Below the pieces are notes generated by a model. That model saw nothing but the letters and a program-made list of their open reading frames with translations. It ran no database searches and was not told the origin of the DNA. A stretch of 64,000 nucleotides of DNA from Vitrella brassicaformis CCMP3155 (Eukaryota > Protista > Chromerida): assembly GCA_001179505.1 (NCBI GenBank), contig CDMY01000264.1, forward strand, positions 1 to 64,000, in the 5' to 3' direction. Every line of letters begins with the position of its first letter. The first letter of the stretch is position 1. A program made the position numbers and the translations under genes. This document shows positions 12,216-24,044 of this stretch, piece after piece.

Positions 12216-14501
12216 ATGTCGAGTGGCACTGCTCGACTTCGGACCACTCGCGGCGCCTTCTCGTGGCTTGATGCTCTTGATAAGGGTGAGACGGCAGCGG
12301 TTGCAGAGTGAATGAGGCGCATGACATTGTCGCTCCCTTTCTTCAGTTCCATTCTTCGCAACGGCCGTCATGAGGAAACGCCTGAAACAGCCGAGGCGAG
12401 CAGCATCGAAGACGCGGACCACCGCCACGCGACCGAGCACATCATCCGTGTCGGCTCCTCCCCAGAAGACTTTCCAGCAACCAACGTGGAAGACAGCCCA
12501 AAAGCAGAGGTACCAAGCATCGCTGCCAACAGGGTGGTCGACGCCACCCAACTCACCACTGCTTGGCCGCAAGGAGACCGTCAACCATGCCATACCCGCG
12601 CTGCAGCTCCCACCAAAACCGCCCCTGCAGCCCAAGGAGGGCCCACTGCGTCAAACTATCGGCCGCGAGTGCCCGTTGCTGAATCAGAGCTGCCTGTATC
12701 TGCCCATGACCCATCACTGCATGGTCAACAAACTCACGCCAGGTAGCTGATGGGTGGATGGATGGATGGATGGGCTCGGTTGCACGAGAGACATGACATC
12801 GTGTGTTCTGTTTGGCGGTTGGATATGCCTTGTGTGCAGGTCAACATTCGAGAAATCGCAGGGCTCTCCAGTTGACCGAGAGGGCCGTGGAGCAGACACA
12901 CAAGAACGGTACACAGACACACACGGATGGCCTGCCCTCTACTGTGCGTTCCAATACTCCTTTGGCCGTGTCTCACTGTCCTGCGGCAGCAAGGAACCAG
13001 CACCGCGTTGGCATTATATCCGCCTGGAGCGGTCTCAACGGAAGTACGTCGTGTGCTTTTACTCAGAGAACCCAAAGAGAGTACGCCGACAACAACGCCG
13101 TAGCTGGCCTGACTAAGCTGCGTGTGCGCTGCGTGCTCTGTCTCTATGCGTGCTGTGCTCAGGTGGCCCATCGATTCTTTCTTGAGCAGGGTTTGGAGCC
13201 TGAGGATGAAGTCGGTATGGCAGCGGCTCTGTCAGACCAAAAAAGGAAGGAACAGAGAAGGTGAGCGAACAAGATAGCATCGCCGTTGACGCCGTGTCTC
13301 ACATTCGGCCTTCTTGCCTTCTTGCCTGCCTGCCTCCAGGGGTAACGTGACGGGCCCGGACTACCCGATAACCCTTGAACTCGAGTGTAGCAGCGGCCCG
13401 ACCTGGCGGACCCATCTGGTGTTCTACGATGATGAGAAGCCGGCGCAGGTATCCATCCAGAAACAAAGAGAGACACAGCGCGTGGCTAGATGTTTGTGCT
13501 GTTTCTCCTCTCAGGTCGCGCAGCGATACGTCATTGAGCAGTGCCTCCCCGCCGAGGCCAAACTGGACATCCTCACTGCGATTTTCGAGGTGAAAGCCAG
13601 CTACGAAGGCGTAGAAGAAGACAATCCCCCCCCAAGGTGGTCAGCACTTAGCCGATCTGTGCTGCTGCAACAAGGGCGGCATCGCTCTGCCGTCCCTGTG
13701 CTGCGTTGATGCAGGGATGAGGGAGGTCAGGCTTGCGCCGCTCAAGCACTATCTGAGACAGCTGCAGTCGCCAACATCTCTAATACGAGGTGTGTGATTC
13801 AGGCGACTGAGAATGAAGACAAGACACACCAAAGACACACTCACTCATCTGTATGTCGTTTGCGTCAGCAGTGCATCGGCTCAGGATAAAGCAGAGCTTT
13901 CTCTAAGTGAGGTGCCCTTCTCCATCGACAATGACGACTCGGAGGAGTGGTGGCGGTCGCTGCCCAATGCTGACAGGGCCGACCACGTCTCGCCCGCCAC
14001 ACCACCTGAGGCGGCACCTCAACAAACTCAGAACAGGTGGGCGTAGACTCGATTGCACGGGAGAGATTCAAGCATACATGCTCTACTTATTCCTTTTGGT
14101 GGCTGTGCGTATGTCCTGTGTGCAGCCCTACAGTCGACGAGAGACAGTGCCCCGCTGCCGAAGGGGAAAGCGCCGGACGAGAAGAGGATTATCGGTATCG
14201 AGGGACAAGCGCACACACATGGCCCCTTTTGATGTTTCTTACATTGGCTGTTTGTTTGTATGTTTCCCTCTCCTGCAGCACCACTGCTCACTCGTCACGC
14301 TTGCGGCGGGAGATCGCGAGACGTCCTCTGGTCTCTTTTTGCTCATCGATCGCCAGCAGAATGTCTACTTGGTTGACGCGCGCGAGACAGCCCCTCATCG
14401 ATTGCGAGGAGCGCTTCAGTGAGAAGGAGACAGAAGAGGGCGGCTGGATGGAAGTGTCCATAGCGGAGAGACCAACAGAACCGAAACCAACAGAACCATG
14501 A
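12216..14501 (+). CDS. Multi-exon hypothetical protein with two PFU-like helical repeats
   Basis: ATG at 12216 (MSSGTARLRTTRGAFSWLDALDK). Spliced repeats YVVCFYSENPKRVAHRFFLEQGLEPEDE and THLVFYDDEKPAQVAQRYVIEQCLPAEA. GT-AG boundaries are present but the exon chain is only partly verified. Confidence 0.55.
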
Positions 14502-15028
14502 CGCGAGAACCAATTCGGCTTGACCTATCGTATGGTGAGGACAAGATGATGCGAGACAGCGAAGTGAAGGCGTGGAAGATGACTTGGGAGCGACAAGAGG
14601 GAGGAGAAGCAGCTTCAGCTTTTGCTCAAGGCACGGGGTTGGTGCCGATGCTTCATGGCTCGCGTGTGCATGTGCCTCGCCTTCCTTACTCGTATGCCAA
14701 AATTGTCTCCGTGCTTGTACCGTCAATGACTGCATGTCCATCCGTCCTATTGTCCCACACATGGCACACCGTACCACACGAAGCAGAGACATCACATAGG
14801 CTGATACCAGACACCAGCTCAAACCTCGAGAGACACTTGCCCTGTCTGTCTGTCTGTCTGCTTTATTTGGGTCCGTGGATGACCAAGGCGACGCTCACAT
14901 ACTGGAAATGGGCTGCAGACCGCACACACATACAAGTGGGTGAGCGATGTGAGCTGTCGATGAATCTGTTCGAGTATCTTACTCACCTAGGCCCATCTCA
15001 TTCCCCAATCGCACCATCTCTGTCTTGA
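14498..15028 (+). CDS. Hypothetical ORF overlapping the preceding stop (ATGA); possibly the continuation of the 12216 gene
   Basis: 176-aa ORF. The first ~70 codons look coding (MTREPIRLDLSYGEDKMMRDSEVKAWKMTWERQ). No recognisable domain. Confidence 0.3.
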   Translation: MTREPIRLDLSYGEDKMMRDSEVKAWKMTWERQEGGEAASAFAQGTGLVPMLHGSRVHVPRLPYSYAKIVSVLVPSMTACPSVLLSHTWHTVPHEAETSHRLIPDTSSNLERHLPCLSVCLLYLGPWMTKATLTYWKWAADRTHIQVGERCELSMNLFEYLTHLGPSHSPIAPSLS

Positions 15029-15203
15029 TGGTCTATGGCTTTTCTGCAAAGATCGGCCCTGTGTCGTCCTCGTCGGGCTCGAACCTGCTTGTCTGATGAC
15101 CGATATTCAATCCAACAAGCGACTTCCTTTTGCCGAACCTGTATAGACCAAAGCGTTTCCAAGTCGTCACTCACGGAGAGCAATGAGCGCCCATTTCTGT
15201 CGC

Positions 15204-17283
15204 TTACTTCTCAATGTAATCTGCATTGAATGGAACAAAGAGGAGAGAGACACGAAAGATACACCAGTCAGAACCGGTGATCTTTGGCTGAAAATGAACA
15301 ATGCTTGCCTGAAGAAAACTCGTCATCCTCCAAGGCGAGAAACCAGCGCCACGCCCTTTTGTCGTTGCTCCCATCGAGCAGCTCGAGATAACGAGGGTCG
15401 ACAACATTCAACCCGCAGAGCGTGAAACGGTAGTCTTCGTCTTTATCCTTTGTTATGGCCCTCCAGTTCTGATGAACTATCTCTAGACTGATGTTGAAGT
15501 GCTCGGCCAATATGTCATAGAGCAGTCGGTCCCTGCCCTTCAGATACTCCACGCCAATGCTCGAAGGGGTGTACTCATATTCGAGGGCGATCGCCAAGGC
15601 CTGAAAACACACACAACAAAAATACCTTCTGACGCACGCGTCCGGCGCACGCACATGAGGATACCTCTCTGTCCTTCTCCTGAAACCACTGTTTTAGTGA
15701 CCCCACAAATTTCTCCGTAATCTTTCTTCTCCGCACCGTCTTACGCTTCCAAGAACCGATCGACCAAGTCCATCCTGAAGCAGCACGAGACCGCCAAGAA
15801 GAAGAAATACCGCTCGGCCGTCTGCGACTCCCGCGTGACCTTCTGCCCTCTGGTGGTGACGTGTGACGGTGTGTGGGGACACGATGCCAACGTGTTCATC
15901 GCCCACATGGCTCATGCGCTGTTGGAGAAGGAGGGGTGGAAGGGTCGGGGGTTCAGTCATGTGTCTGGATGGATTCGCTCTCGCTTGTCTATCGCCCTCG
16001 CGCGTGCGACTAGCTTCTGTCTGCGTGGGGGAGGGAGGGGAGGGTTTGCGGGACTGGGGTGTGCTGATGGGGCGGGGATTGATCCCTCCTCCCCTTGAGC
16101 CTGTTTGACTCTGCGTGCTGATGGGACTGTATTTGTATGAGTATCACGGACACACAGACGAGTGTTACGGTTAATGACAGTTTCTCCCCCCTTCTTCTCC
16201 GCACCTCTGGCCTTCCAACTTGCCGGCGGCTGAGATTGTATACGAGGACACAGCGATAGCCCGAAGTGACTGTCTCGACGCTATGTGGCACGTCAGAATA
16301 GAAGGCTACCCAGGGTAGACCATAAGTAGAATCGCTGGTTTCATGAGCCTTTCCATCCTTCCACAGTGTGAAAGCTCCTCCTTCGTACTTGGTCGGGAGA
16401 GAGACGATGAGCGTCGCAAACATGTCTGCCGAGCGCTGTGTGTCGATGTGTTTTGCAAAATGGTCCCCCTCGCCGTAAATCAGCATCTTCGATGACAACA
16501 TAGATGTGGATCATCATGGAGAGCAAGGCTCGCAAGTAAATTGTAGTCATACATCACGTTAACAAGACCGTTTACCTTGTATAGTTCTGCTTTGACTTCG
16601 CTGCCCGGCGAAAGCCTATCGGCCACTTCCTGACATATTTCCTCAATGACTGCAGTCCATGTGCCATTGGTGCTGTCAGTGATATTGAATTCTCGATCAG
16701 CCGTCCAAGGCGATACCGTTCCCTGTATGTGCAGATCGCTGGCTGCGAGTTCCCTCGACTTGCGATGCTCAAAATCCACCCTGTCACCTGGCTCTTCGCC
16801 AAGCAAGCCGACCGGTGACTGAGTGGCGGACGCATACGCAGCATTCAAACTCTCCTCTGAAAGCAGATTCCAGTCGTCAAACCACGATGATTCCCTCAAC
16901 ACCTTCTGAATCATCAAGCTAGCGTTCTGATTCTTCGATGAGTCAAGCGCCAAGTCTCTTATGTAAGACCACCTTTCTCTCTCTCTCACAAGCTTCTTCT
17001 GATTCTCCGATAAGTCGAGTGCCCAGTCTCCCGTCTTGCCTCTGATGACCGGCACAGCACTGTCAATGGTGCCCTCGATGAAGAAGGGAGGCGACACGAT
17101 GTCCTCGATGTGCGTCAGAGCCCAATCGTAAGCCTCCCTTTGTTGCTCCTGACTCAGTCGGGTGACCTTCTGGGCAGCCGGTGCTCTCAGTCGCTGGCTC
17201 GGGCGGGGCAGGAGGAACCCAGATGCCGACGGCAAGATGAATGGAAGCAGCATCGACATCAGCAGCAGCACCCACACCACCAT
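15204..17283 (-). CDS. 2-oxoglutarate/Fe(II)-dependent dioxygenase with bipartite (signal + transit-like) leader
   Basis: Exon 17283-16576 splices (intron 16575-16487) to MLIYGEGDHFAKHIDT (HxD)...FATLIVSLP...YEGG...VAFYSDVPHSVETVTSGYRCVLVYNL (distal His and 2OG-binding Arg). The C-terminal extension has LEYEYTP...LKGRD. The leader is MVVWVLLLMSMLLPFILPSASG-FLLPRPSQRLRAP. Confidence 0.9.
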
Positions 17284-18439
17284 GGCTATTGGTCGTCGCC
17301 GGAGGGACGGGGAGGGATGATCTATGCTTGAGGATGACAGGTGCCTCTAAGTCAAGCAGTGACAGCGGGTGAGAGAGTCGTGCGATGAGTCAGTTCGTTC
17401 TGCCTTTGCGAGCCGGGTCGAAGCCAAGCTCGCAGGCGGTGAAAGGAGGCAGATGGACGTGTTGTCGCTTATAGTGTCGCCTTTCCAATGCGGATTCGCC
17501 TCGCTGGTGAAGCAATGCACCAAGAGGCGTCGCCCCAAGGCCAGGTGGACATGTAGATGCGCATCTATGCGGTGACGCATCTCACCTGCAGATCTGGCTC
17601 ACGCTCTGTGTGTGCGGCTCTCTCTCTGTGTGTGTGTCAGGTACCCGTGTTTCCCCGCTGTGCCTGACGAGGAGCTGAAGAGAGAAACCGGGCGAGGCCA
17701 CACAAAGATGGTGCGCTGAGTGTCCGTCCCTTCATTTGTGCGAGGTCCAAATGTGTGTGCGAATGTATATGTGTGTATATTCATAGGGTATTCACATCAA
17801 GCGATGAATCAGTGCAGGACGACGAGAAGGGTACACACACAGACACCCCAAGACATACATAGACTTATGGCTGGGCCACTCAGATACAGGTCAGCTGACC
17901 GGCTCCCTCGTCGGCCGTCAGGTGTGGCGCTATGTGGGCGAGTCAGGTGCGCACCCACACGCCTGAAGACGGATGCATGGCATGAATGCCCTACACAGAT
18001 TACATTGAGGGTGTCACTGTACACGTGTGTCTGCGTGTGTGCGTGTTTCTTTGCAGGTGCCTCGTCAGCCGACGACTCGTTCGATCCACACATCAATCCG
18101 AACGCCGCTGACAAACCGCTGAGGTGCACACACATCCGCTCATGTGCACACATACACATACAGACAGACACACAGCTGGCACACACATGGATGGACCATG
18201 GGTGGATGGAGGCGTTTCTATCTGTATGAGTAGCGGAATCCATGTGCGTCGTTCGTTCGGCGACATCAAAGTCGACTACTCGTATACAGAATGAGTGCAC
18301 CAGCGCATGTGTTACTCACTGGTGAGCCACTGAGTTAGTACACACCACACATACATCTGTATATTGCCTGTGTGTAGCTAATATCGCGTGAGTATTGCGT
18401 ATTGTGTGTGTAGCTAATACTGCGTTGATTGGATGCATG

Positions 18440-19630
18440 GGGCACACACAGAGCACATGTGATGTGCCCATGCGGGTGATCCAATCGTCGGGGGCGCTGC
18501 TGGCTTTGCTCGAGGCAGGCAGAATGTGAAAGTGCGGTATGTACACCCATTCACGAGCACCTATCACTACATCCGTGTTGGCGTGTGTGCATGCAGGATT
18601 CCGTGTGCCGTGCCACAAGACCCCCCCCGTGCGGGGCGTATATGGATTCACCTGTGTATGCGTGTGTGTGTGTGTGTCTGTGGATGTATGTGTATACGTA
18701 TGAGTGCGCGTACGCGTCAGGAGAACATTGGTTCTGTCGGCATCGCAAGATAAAAACGCAGATAGTATGATATGGATAGGTTAGGTACATGTGTGTGTCA
18801 CACCTCGGAAAACAGTTTTCTGCCCTAGCTCGGCGACAGTTACATCGGTAGGGAGAAGCGAGATGGTTCTTAAGGAATCTGTGTTGCTACCGAAGCCTGA
18901 CTATCCTTCTGTCGCTCGGACGGCCGCCTGTCCGTTCTCTGACCGCTCGTTTTGCGTAATGGAGCCGTCTCCGTCGTCTGTGGGGTGCGATGTATTGTGG
19001 AGGAGAAGGACGGCTCCCGCCCTCCGTCGCTGATGAACAAGGATCTGAGTGCCTGTCGGCGTCGGTTGACGCCCTCAATTTCTCTCCTTTTCGTGCCCTC
19101 GTCGGTTGGCCCCACCTCTGCCGCCCCAATCAATTCGACGGCACCACGACGATAAGCCGAGCTGGACAAATGAACACCTCACAAGTGATGTGTGTCTGTT
19201 TGTTACTTGCAGAGACCGATGGTTTAACATCACCATCAGACGCCGATGGAGTGCTGAAGGTGGTGCGGCTGAAGGTGCACTTGACGGCTACGGTGCGTCT
19301 GCTTCGTGGGCGCCTGCATGCCGCGCCTTTCACTGATGGACACAGTGGTGGGTGCCTGCTGATGCTGCTGGGTGTCGTCCGTCAATGTCTTCCCTGTCGG
19401 CCGCCACTGACTACCGAGTCCAGCCAAGGTGGATGCATCCTGTCCAGGATCCAAGCAGCAGCAGTGGGCGGCGACCTCATGACGACGATGAGCTGACTTG
19501 CACTGATGGACTGATGGACACACGTCACACGCGATATGGTATTGTGTGTCATTGCAGAACGTCGACGGCTGCTCTGCTTCTTCGTTCCTTTCGGTGACGT
19601 CACCAATGACAAAGGTCCCGAGTTCGAACC
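18440..19630 (-). CDS. Possible multi-exon hypothetical gene
   Basis: Several coding-looking fragments with splice-like edges (GAREWVYIPHFHILP, SSAYRRGAVELIGAAEVGPTDEG, GTFVIGDVTERNEEAEQ). I could not build a full exon chain. Confidence 0.25.
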
Positions 19631-19884
19631 GCATCAGTGGCCGCTTTGCGGGGTGCGACTTGCTGTGTCATTGCAGGGGCAGAGTGGCCGTGTCTGTCGC
19701 TGCAGACGTCCATTTGGGCTCTGCATCTCTTGGTGTGTGCATTTGAGCAGTCTGTGAGGATAGCCAATGAGACAACAAGACCGGGAAACGGATAAGCGAA
19801 GGACAGATTTCCCGATTCCTTGCTTGATCCGCTTCTCTGCTGCGTGGCTGGTCAGTGTGACGGTCTCGCCGTGTTGCAAGGGTC

Positions 19885-21902
19885 ATGGACGTGCGGCGCA
19901 GCGTCAACTTTCTCACCCCCGGCCTTTTGACGGCCGCGGCTGTCCTCGCTGCTGACCGGCTCATGGCTGCAGTCCTCTCGTTGACTGGCTGCGACCACGC
20001 CCTTCCCCCCACCGTCGTAGCAGCCTTCTCAATCACAGCGGCCCTGGTGGTGATCGTCCACCAGCACCTCGGTACGCGCAGACGAGATCGAGCTATGACG
20101 ACACGCGCACACGCAGATCCCTGGGTGTGTCTTTGTGGACTCGCTGTCTGGTTGCAGGCTGCTCGTTGGCCAAGGATCTGCAGGTTCTCTGAAGTCAGCA
20201 ACGACGACCGCCTCGACGTGCTTCGCGAGCATGAGAAGCTCCTCAAGGCCAAGCGTCGCAAGTGGGTCACCCCGGCCGACTTTCGGCGTGCAGTCGAGGA
20301 GGATGGTCGACTGTGGACCGTCATCAACGGGAGCGTGTATGACGTGGCGGGACTCATCGGCAATGACAACAACGGCAAGCCCAAACACCCAGGCGGAGAC
20401 TTCCTCGCCGATTTCGTCGGTAAGGCCTGTACATGAGGGAAGTACACATGCACTGCCTGCTTGCCTTGTGTTCTTCACGCACATGCACTTGTTGCTTGGT
20501 TGGTTTGTGTTTCAGGAAAGGACGCTTCGCTCTGGTTCTACACCTCTCATCTCAAGTCAGAGAACGTGTTGACGCGGCTGAGCGTCAGCTGGGTCGGCTA
20601 CCTCACCGACCGTTTCGGCCTCATGTGCAGCCACGACAAGGCCATGCACAAACTCATCGACGACTTCGCCGCCGAGGGGCTGTTCGCCTACCCCTGGCGG
20701 CACTGGTTGTGGGACATGCAGGGCCCTGTGCTGTTCCTCATCTCCTTTTGGGTCGCCCACTGCTGCATTCAAGGGCGAATCGCCCCCGACTGGTCGGGGC
20801 GGCTGGTCTATGTGGGCAGCTTCATCGGCGGCTCGCTCAGCTACGTGCTGATGCTATACTTCGTCCACGACGCCCTCCACCAGTCCATCTTCACGACGAA
20901 GGAACGAGCCAAGAGGTGTGTGAGGGAGGGGCACCAATCTGTGCACTCAACACACTGTGTGGTTGTGTCCGCACGTGTGTGCAGCTTCACAAGGTGGTTT
21001 TCCCTCGTGGTCGGGGGCATCGATTGGTCAGTGGGAGCCATTGTGCACGACGCCCACCACGCCTTCACCCACGTCGTGGGCCGCGACAAGTCCCTCGACA
21101 CCGCCCCGCTGGTGTACTGGCACAAATCGCAGGTGCCGGGCGACTCTGCCGGAGCCCTCAGCAGCGCCGAGGCTTTTGCCGCCACGTGGGGCGCATTTCT
21201 CTGGTTCACTGTGGTGGTGTGGCTGATGTTCCCGATGGAGGTTTTGAGGTCGGTGGCCGACGCGTTCAAGAGGAAGGACGTGGTCTGCCTCGTCGCGGTC
21301 CCTGTCCGTCTGCTGCTGCCCTTCGCCTGCCACCTAAGCTTCAACGTCTCCCTCCACTACGCCGTGTGGCTCCTGTTGGCCCAAGAGGTGGGAATGGTTC
21401 TCGTGGGCATCGCCGCCTCCCTCAACCACTTCAGCTTCGACGCCATCGACGTCCACCAGTTCCGGGAGAAAATGGATCAGGGATTCGTCGAGCAGCAGGC
21501 GAAGACCACCCAAAACCACAACGCTGTGGCGTTGGGCTACGGCCTCCACGGCGCCAACGGCAAGCAGCCACGAAGCCTCGTGGTGTGGGCACTGGTGGCG
21601 TCCCTTGACGCCGTCGTCTCCTGTTGGGTGGGGCACTTCGACTACCACGTTGAGCACCACCTGGTAGGGTCGCCACTTACACACTGATAGCCGATGCTCA
21701 TGTATTTGTATGTGTGTGTGTGTGTGTGTGTGGCAAGGTGCCCTACATGCCCCGGCGCAACTTGCCCAAGGTGATGGCGTGAGTGAAGGCCCTCTGCGGT
21801 GACGACCTCTACGAGGCCACCACCCATTTGGAGGGGTGCAGGGGGCTGGTCTACAAGCTCACCCACCCCTTTTTGACGAAGGAGGGGCAGAGGGGTGACT
21901 GA
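19885..21902 (+). CDS. Cytochrome b5-fused membrane fatty-acid/sphingolipid desaturase (front-end type)
   Basis: b5 domain WTVINGSVYDV...HPGG...GKDAS. His boxes HDALH (20866-20880), HDAHH (21046-21060) and HVEHH (21646-21660), followed by LVPYMPRRNLPKV. In-frame TGA at 21780-21782; the homologous-looking frame continues to TGA at 21900-21902. Confidence 0.92.
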
Positions 21903-22096
21903 CAGGGTGGCACGTGCAGTCGAACTGCACGTATGCCTGCATGTGGGCTGCATGTGAGGGAGGGTGGGGTCCATCTGTCCATGTGTGTGTGGCCTGATCG
22001 ATGCAGTGTCCCTTTCCATCCATCTGTCTGTCTGCCTGCCTACCTATGTATCTGTCTGTCTGTCTGTCTCTGTGTGTGTGTTTCTCCTGTCTTTTC

Positions 22097-22323
22097 CGGT
22101 GTGAACGTCTACATGTGGCCGTGTGTGTGTGTGTGGGTGGGTTTGTTCATGGTAAGGAGGGAGCGACTGGCTGTCGACGATCTTTTGTTCTCCGCTCGTA
22201 CATACTTTCTTGCCATTGATACGTACGGTGTGCGCAGTCGGTCGCGTGTGGTACACATACGATGGGGTACCCCTGCGGATGGGGAGTGGATTCATGTGTG
22301 TTCTTTACCTGCCCATCTTTCCT

Positions 22324-22367
<44 letters not shown>

Positions 22368-22753
22368 TATGTATGTGTATTGTGTGTATGTGTGTGTTTC
22401 TCCTTTCTTTTCACACGATCGGTGTGAACGTGTACGGCCGTGTGGGTGTGTTTCCTTCTATGGGATACGTACGGATGGTCCGACTTCATGCTGCACCGGG
22501 GGAGAGACAGAGAGAGCAGTGGGAGAGAGTGACTTTGAAGGAGAGAGAAACTAGCTGGGAGAGGAGTGGCTGACGGGTGAGAAACTTTCTTGGTGAAGGG
22601 CGTACTCACTTTCGCGCACAGAGGACGTACGGCATTTCCTCAACACAGTTTTGCCGTTTCTTGCTTGTAGTTGGTCGGATGTGGTATACATACGTTTGGT
22701 ATGATATATGTGTGTTTCCTTTTGTGAGGAAGGGTGTGACTGGCTGTCGACGA
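22097..22753. repeat. Degenerate intergenic direct repeats
   Basis: gactggctgtcgacga at 22165-22180 and 22738-22753; cggtgtgaacgt at 22097-22108 and 22420-22431; gtggta(c/t)acatacg near 22248 and 22681. Confidence 0.55.
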
Positions 22754-23756
22754 CCTTTTTGTCCCTCAGATCAGCTCACTCCCCGATCTCCCGTACGGAC
22801 CTTCTTGAATGAATGAATGAGTGAACTGACACGTACTTGGTTTGCCCTCCCCCCCCAAGCCGGGGAGACAGAAAAGAGAGAGACCGAGAGGACGGTATTG
22901 CTTGTCATTCACGTCTGTGCTTTGTACGAAATGGGCATTGTCACACACTTAAATGTCAGGTAGAGGGTGAACCTTTTGTCTCAGTTCATCTCATCTCCCT
23001 GTGACCCGTTTCGCCGCCTGCCTGCCTGCCGGTGGACCGTTGTTTCTTGGTGCATACTTGTTCCATGAACGAAAGGAGCCTCACACGACGTCCAACACCC
23101 AAGGGGGAGGCCTCCTGCGAGCTAATGAAACTCGCCGCCTCCGAAGGTCAATTCAACACCACTGGGCACAGTGTCTTGGAAGGGCTCCTGATGAAGTTAG
23201 TACGCTGTGCCACCATGAATCACCGTTCTGGGTCCTTCCCGTGTTAGTGTGCCATCTGCTGATCTCGCGTCACCTCTCACGACACTACTCATCGCATCGC
23301 TCGCTTAACAGGCACAAGCGAAGTCATAATTGGATGGTCTGCAAGCGTCGTGGATGGAGGACTGAGAGATCATCGAGAGATCATCGCCCTTGGCGACCAA
23401 GACAAGACAGGTGAGCTGTGACCTGACTGACAACGTCACGATGTTATTCCTCATCCTATGTGATGCTTCTGGGTGTGTTGTGCGCTTCACACAGGTGTGA
23501 TTCGCTTGTGTGATTCTCGAATCCACGAGGCGGTACGTATCTGCCTGCCTGACTGCACACGTATGTACTCCTTGATATTGCCTCCTCTTCTCTCTCCTAC
23601 AGATTGGACGCTGCGACAGATTGTGGTGCTTGATTTGACCAACCCTTTATTCATCTGCCGCTCTGGTAGAGCCGTACAGAAACCTCACAGCTCCAGCGTG
23701 AAGCTAATCCAAGGACCAACGCATGGTAAAGCATAGACAGCCGACAAAGAAAGGGA

Positions 23757-24044
23757 TTGGCAAATGTGTGCTACGTGTATGTGAAGGCGCGGCTCGGTGA
23801 GAGCAGTGGAGGCATCGTTGGTGTGAGCAGTGTCCCCATCGACACGTATCCCAGCTGCCACGTCGGAAAGCATTTCTGCAAGATATGTGGCGACGGTCGG
23901 GACTGCTACGGTCGGGACTGCCCCCGTGCGCCGCACTGTCCAGATCGCATCCGACATCTATCGAGGTCCGCATCGTCAGGTTATGACGGAAAGTACTCGG
24001 ATGCCTGCACAAAGCCGAACACAACACAGACGGGTGAGCAGCTG
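23757..24044 (+). CDS. Cys/His-rich exon or ORF (possible metal-binding), possibly the 5' part of the HTH-containing gene
   Basis: PSCHVGKHFCKICGDGRDCYGRDCPRAPHCPDRIRH, ending at a gtgagc donor. Contains a 15-bp tandem duplication. Confidence 0.4.
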
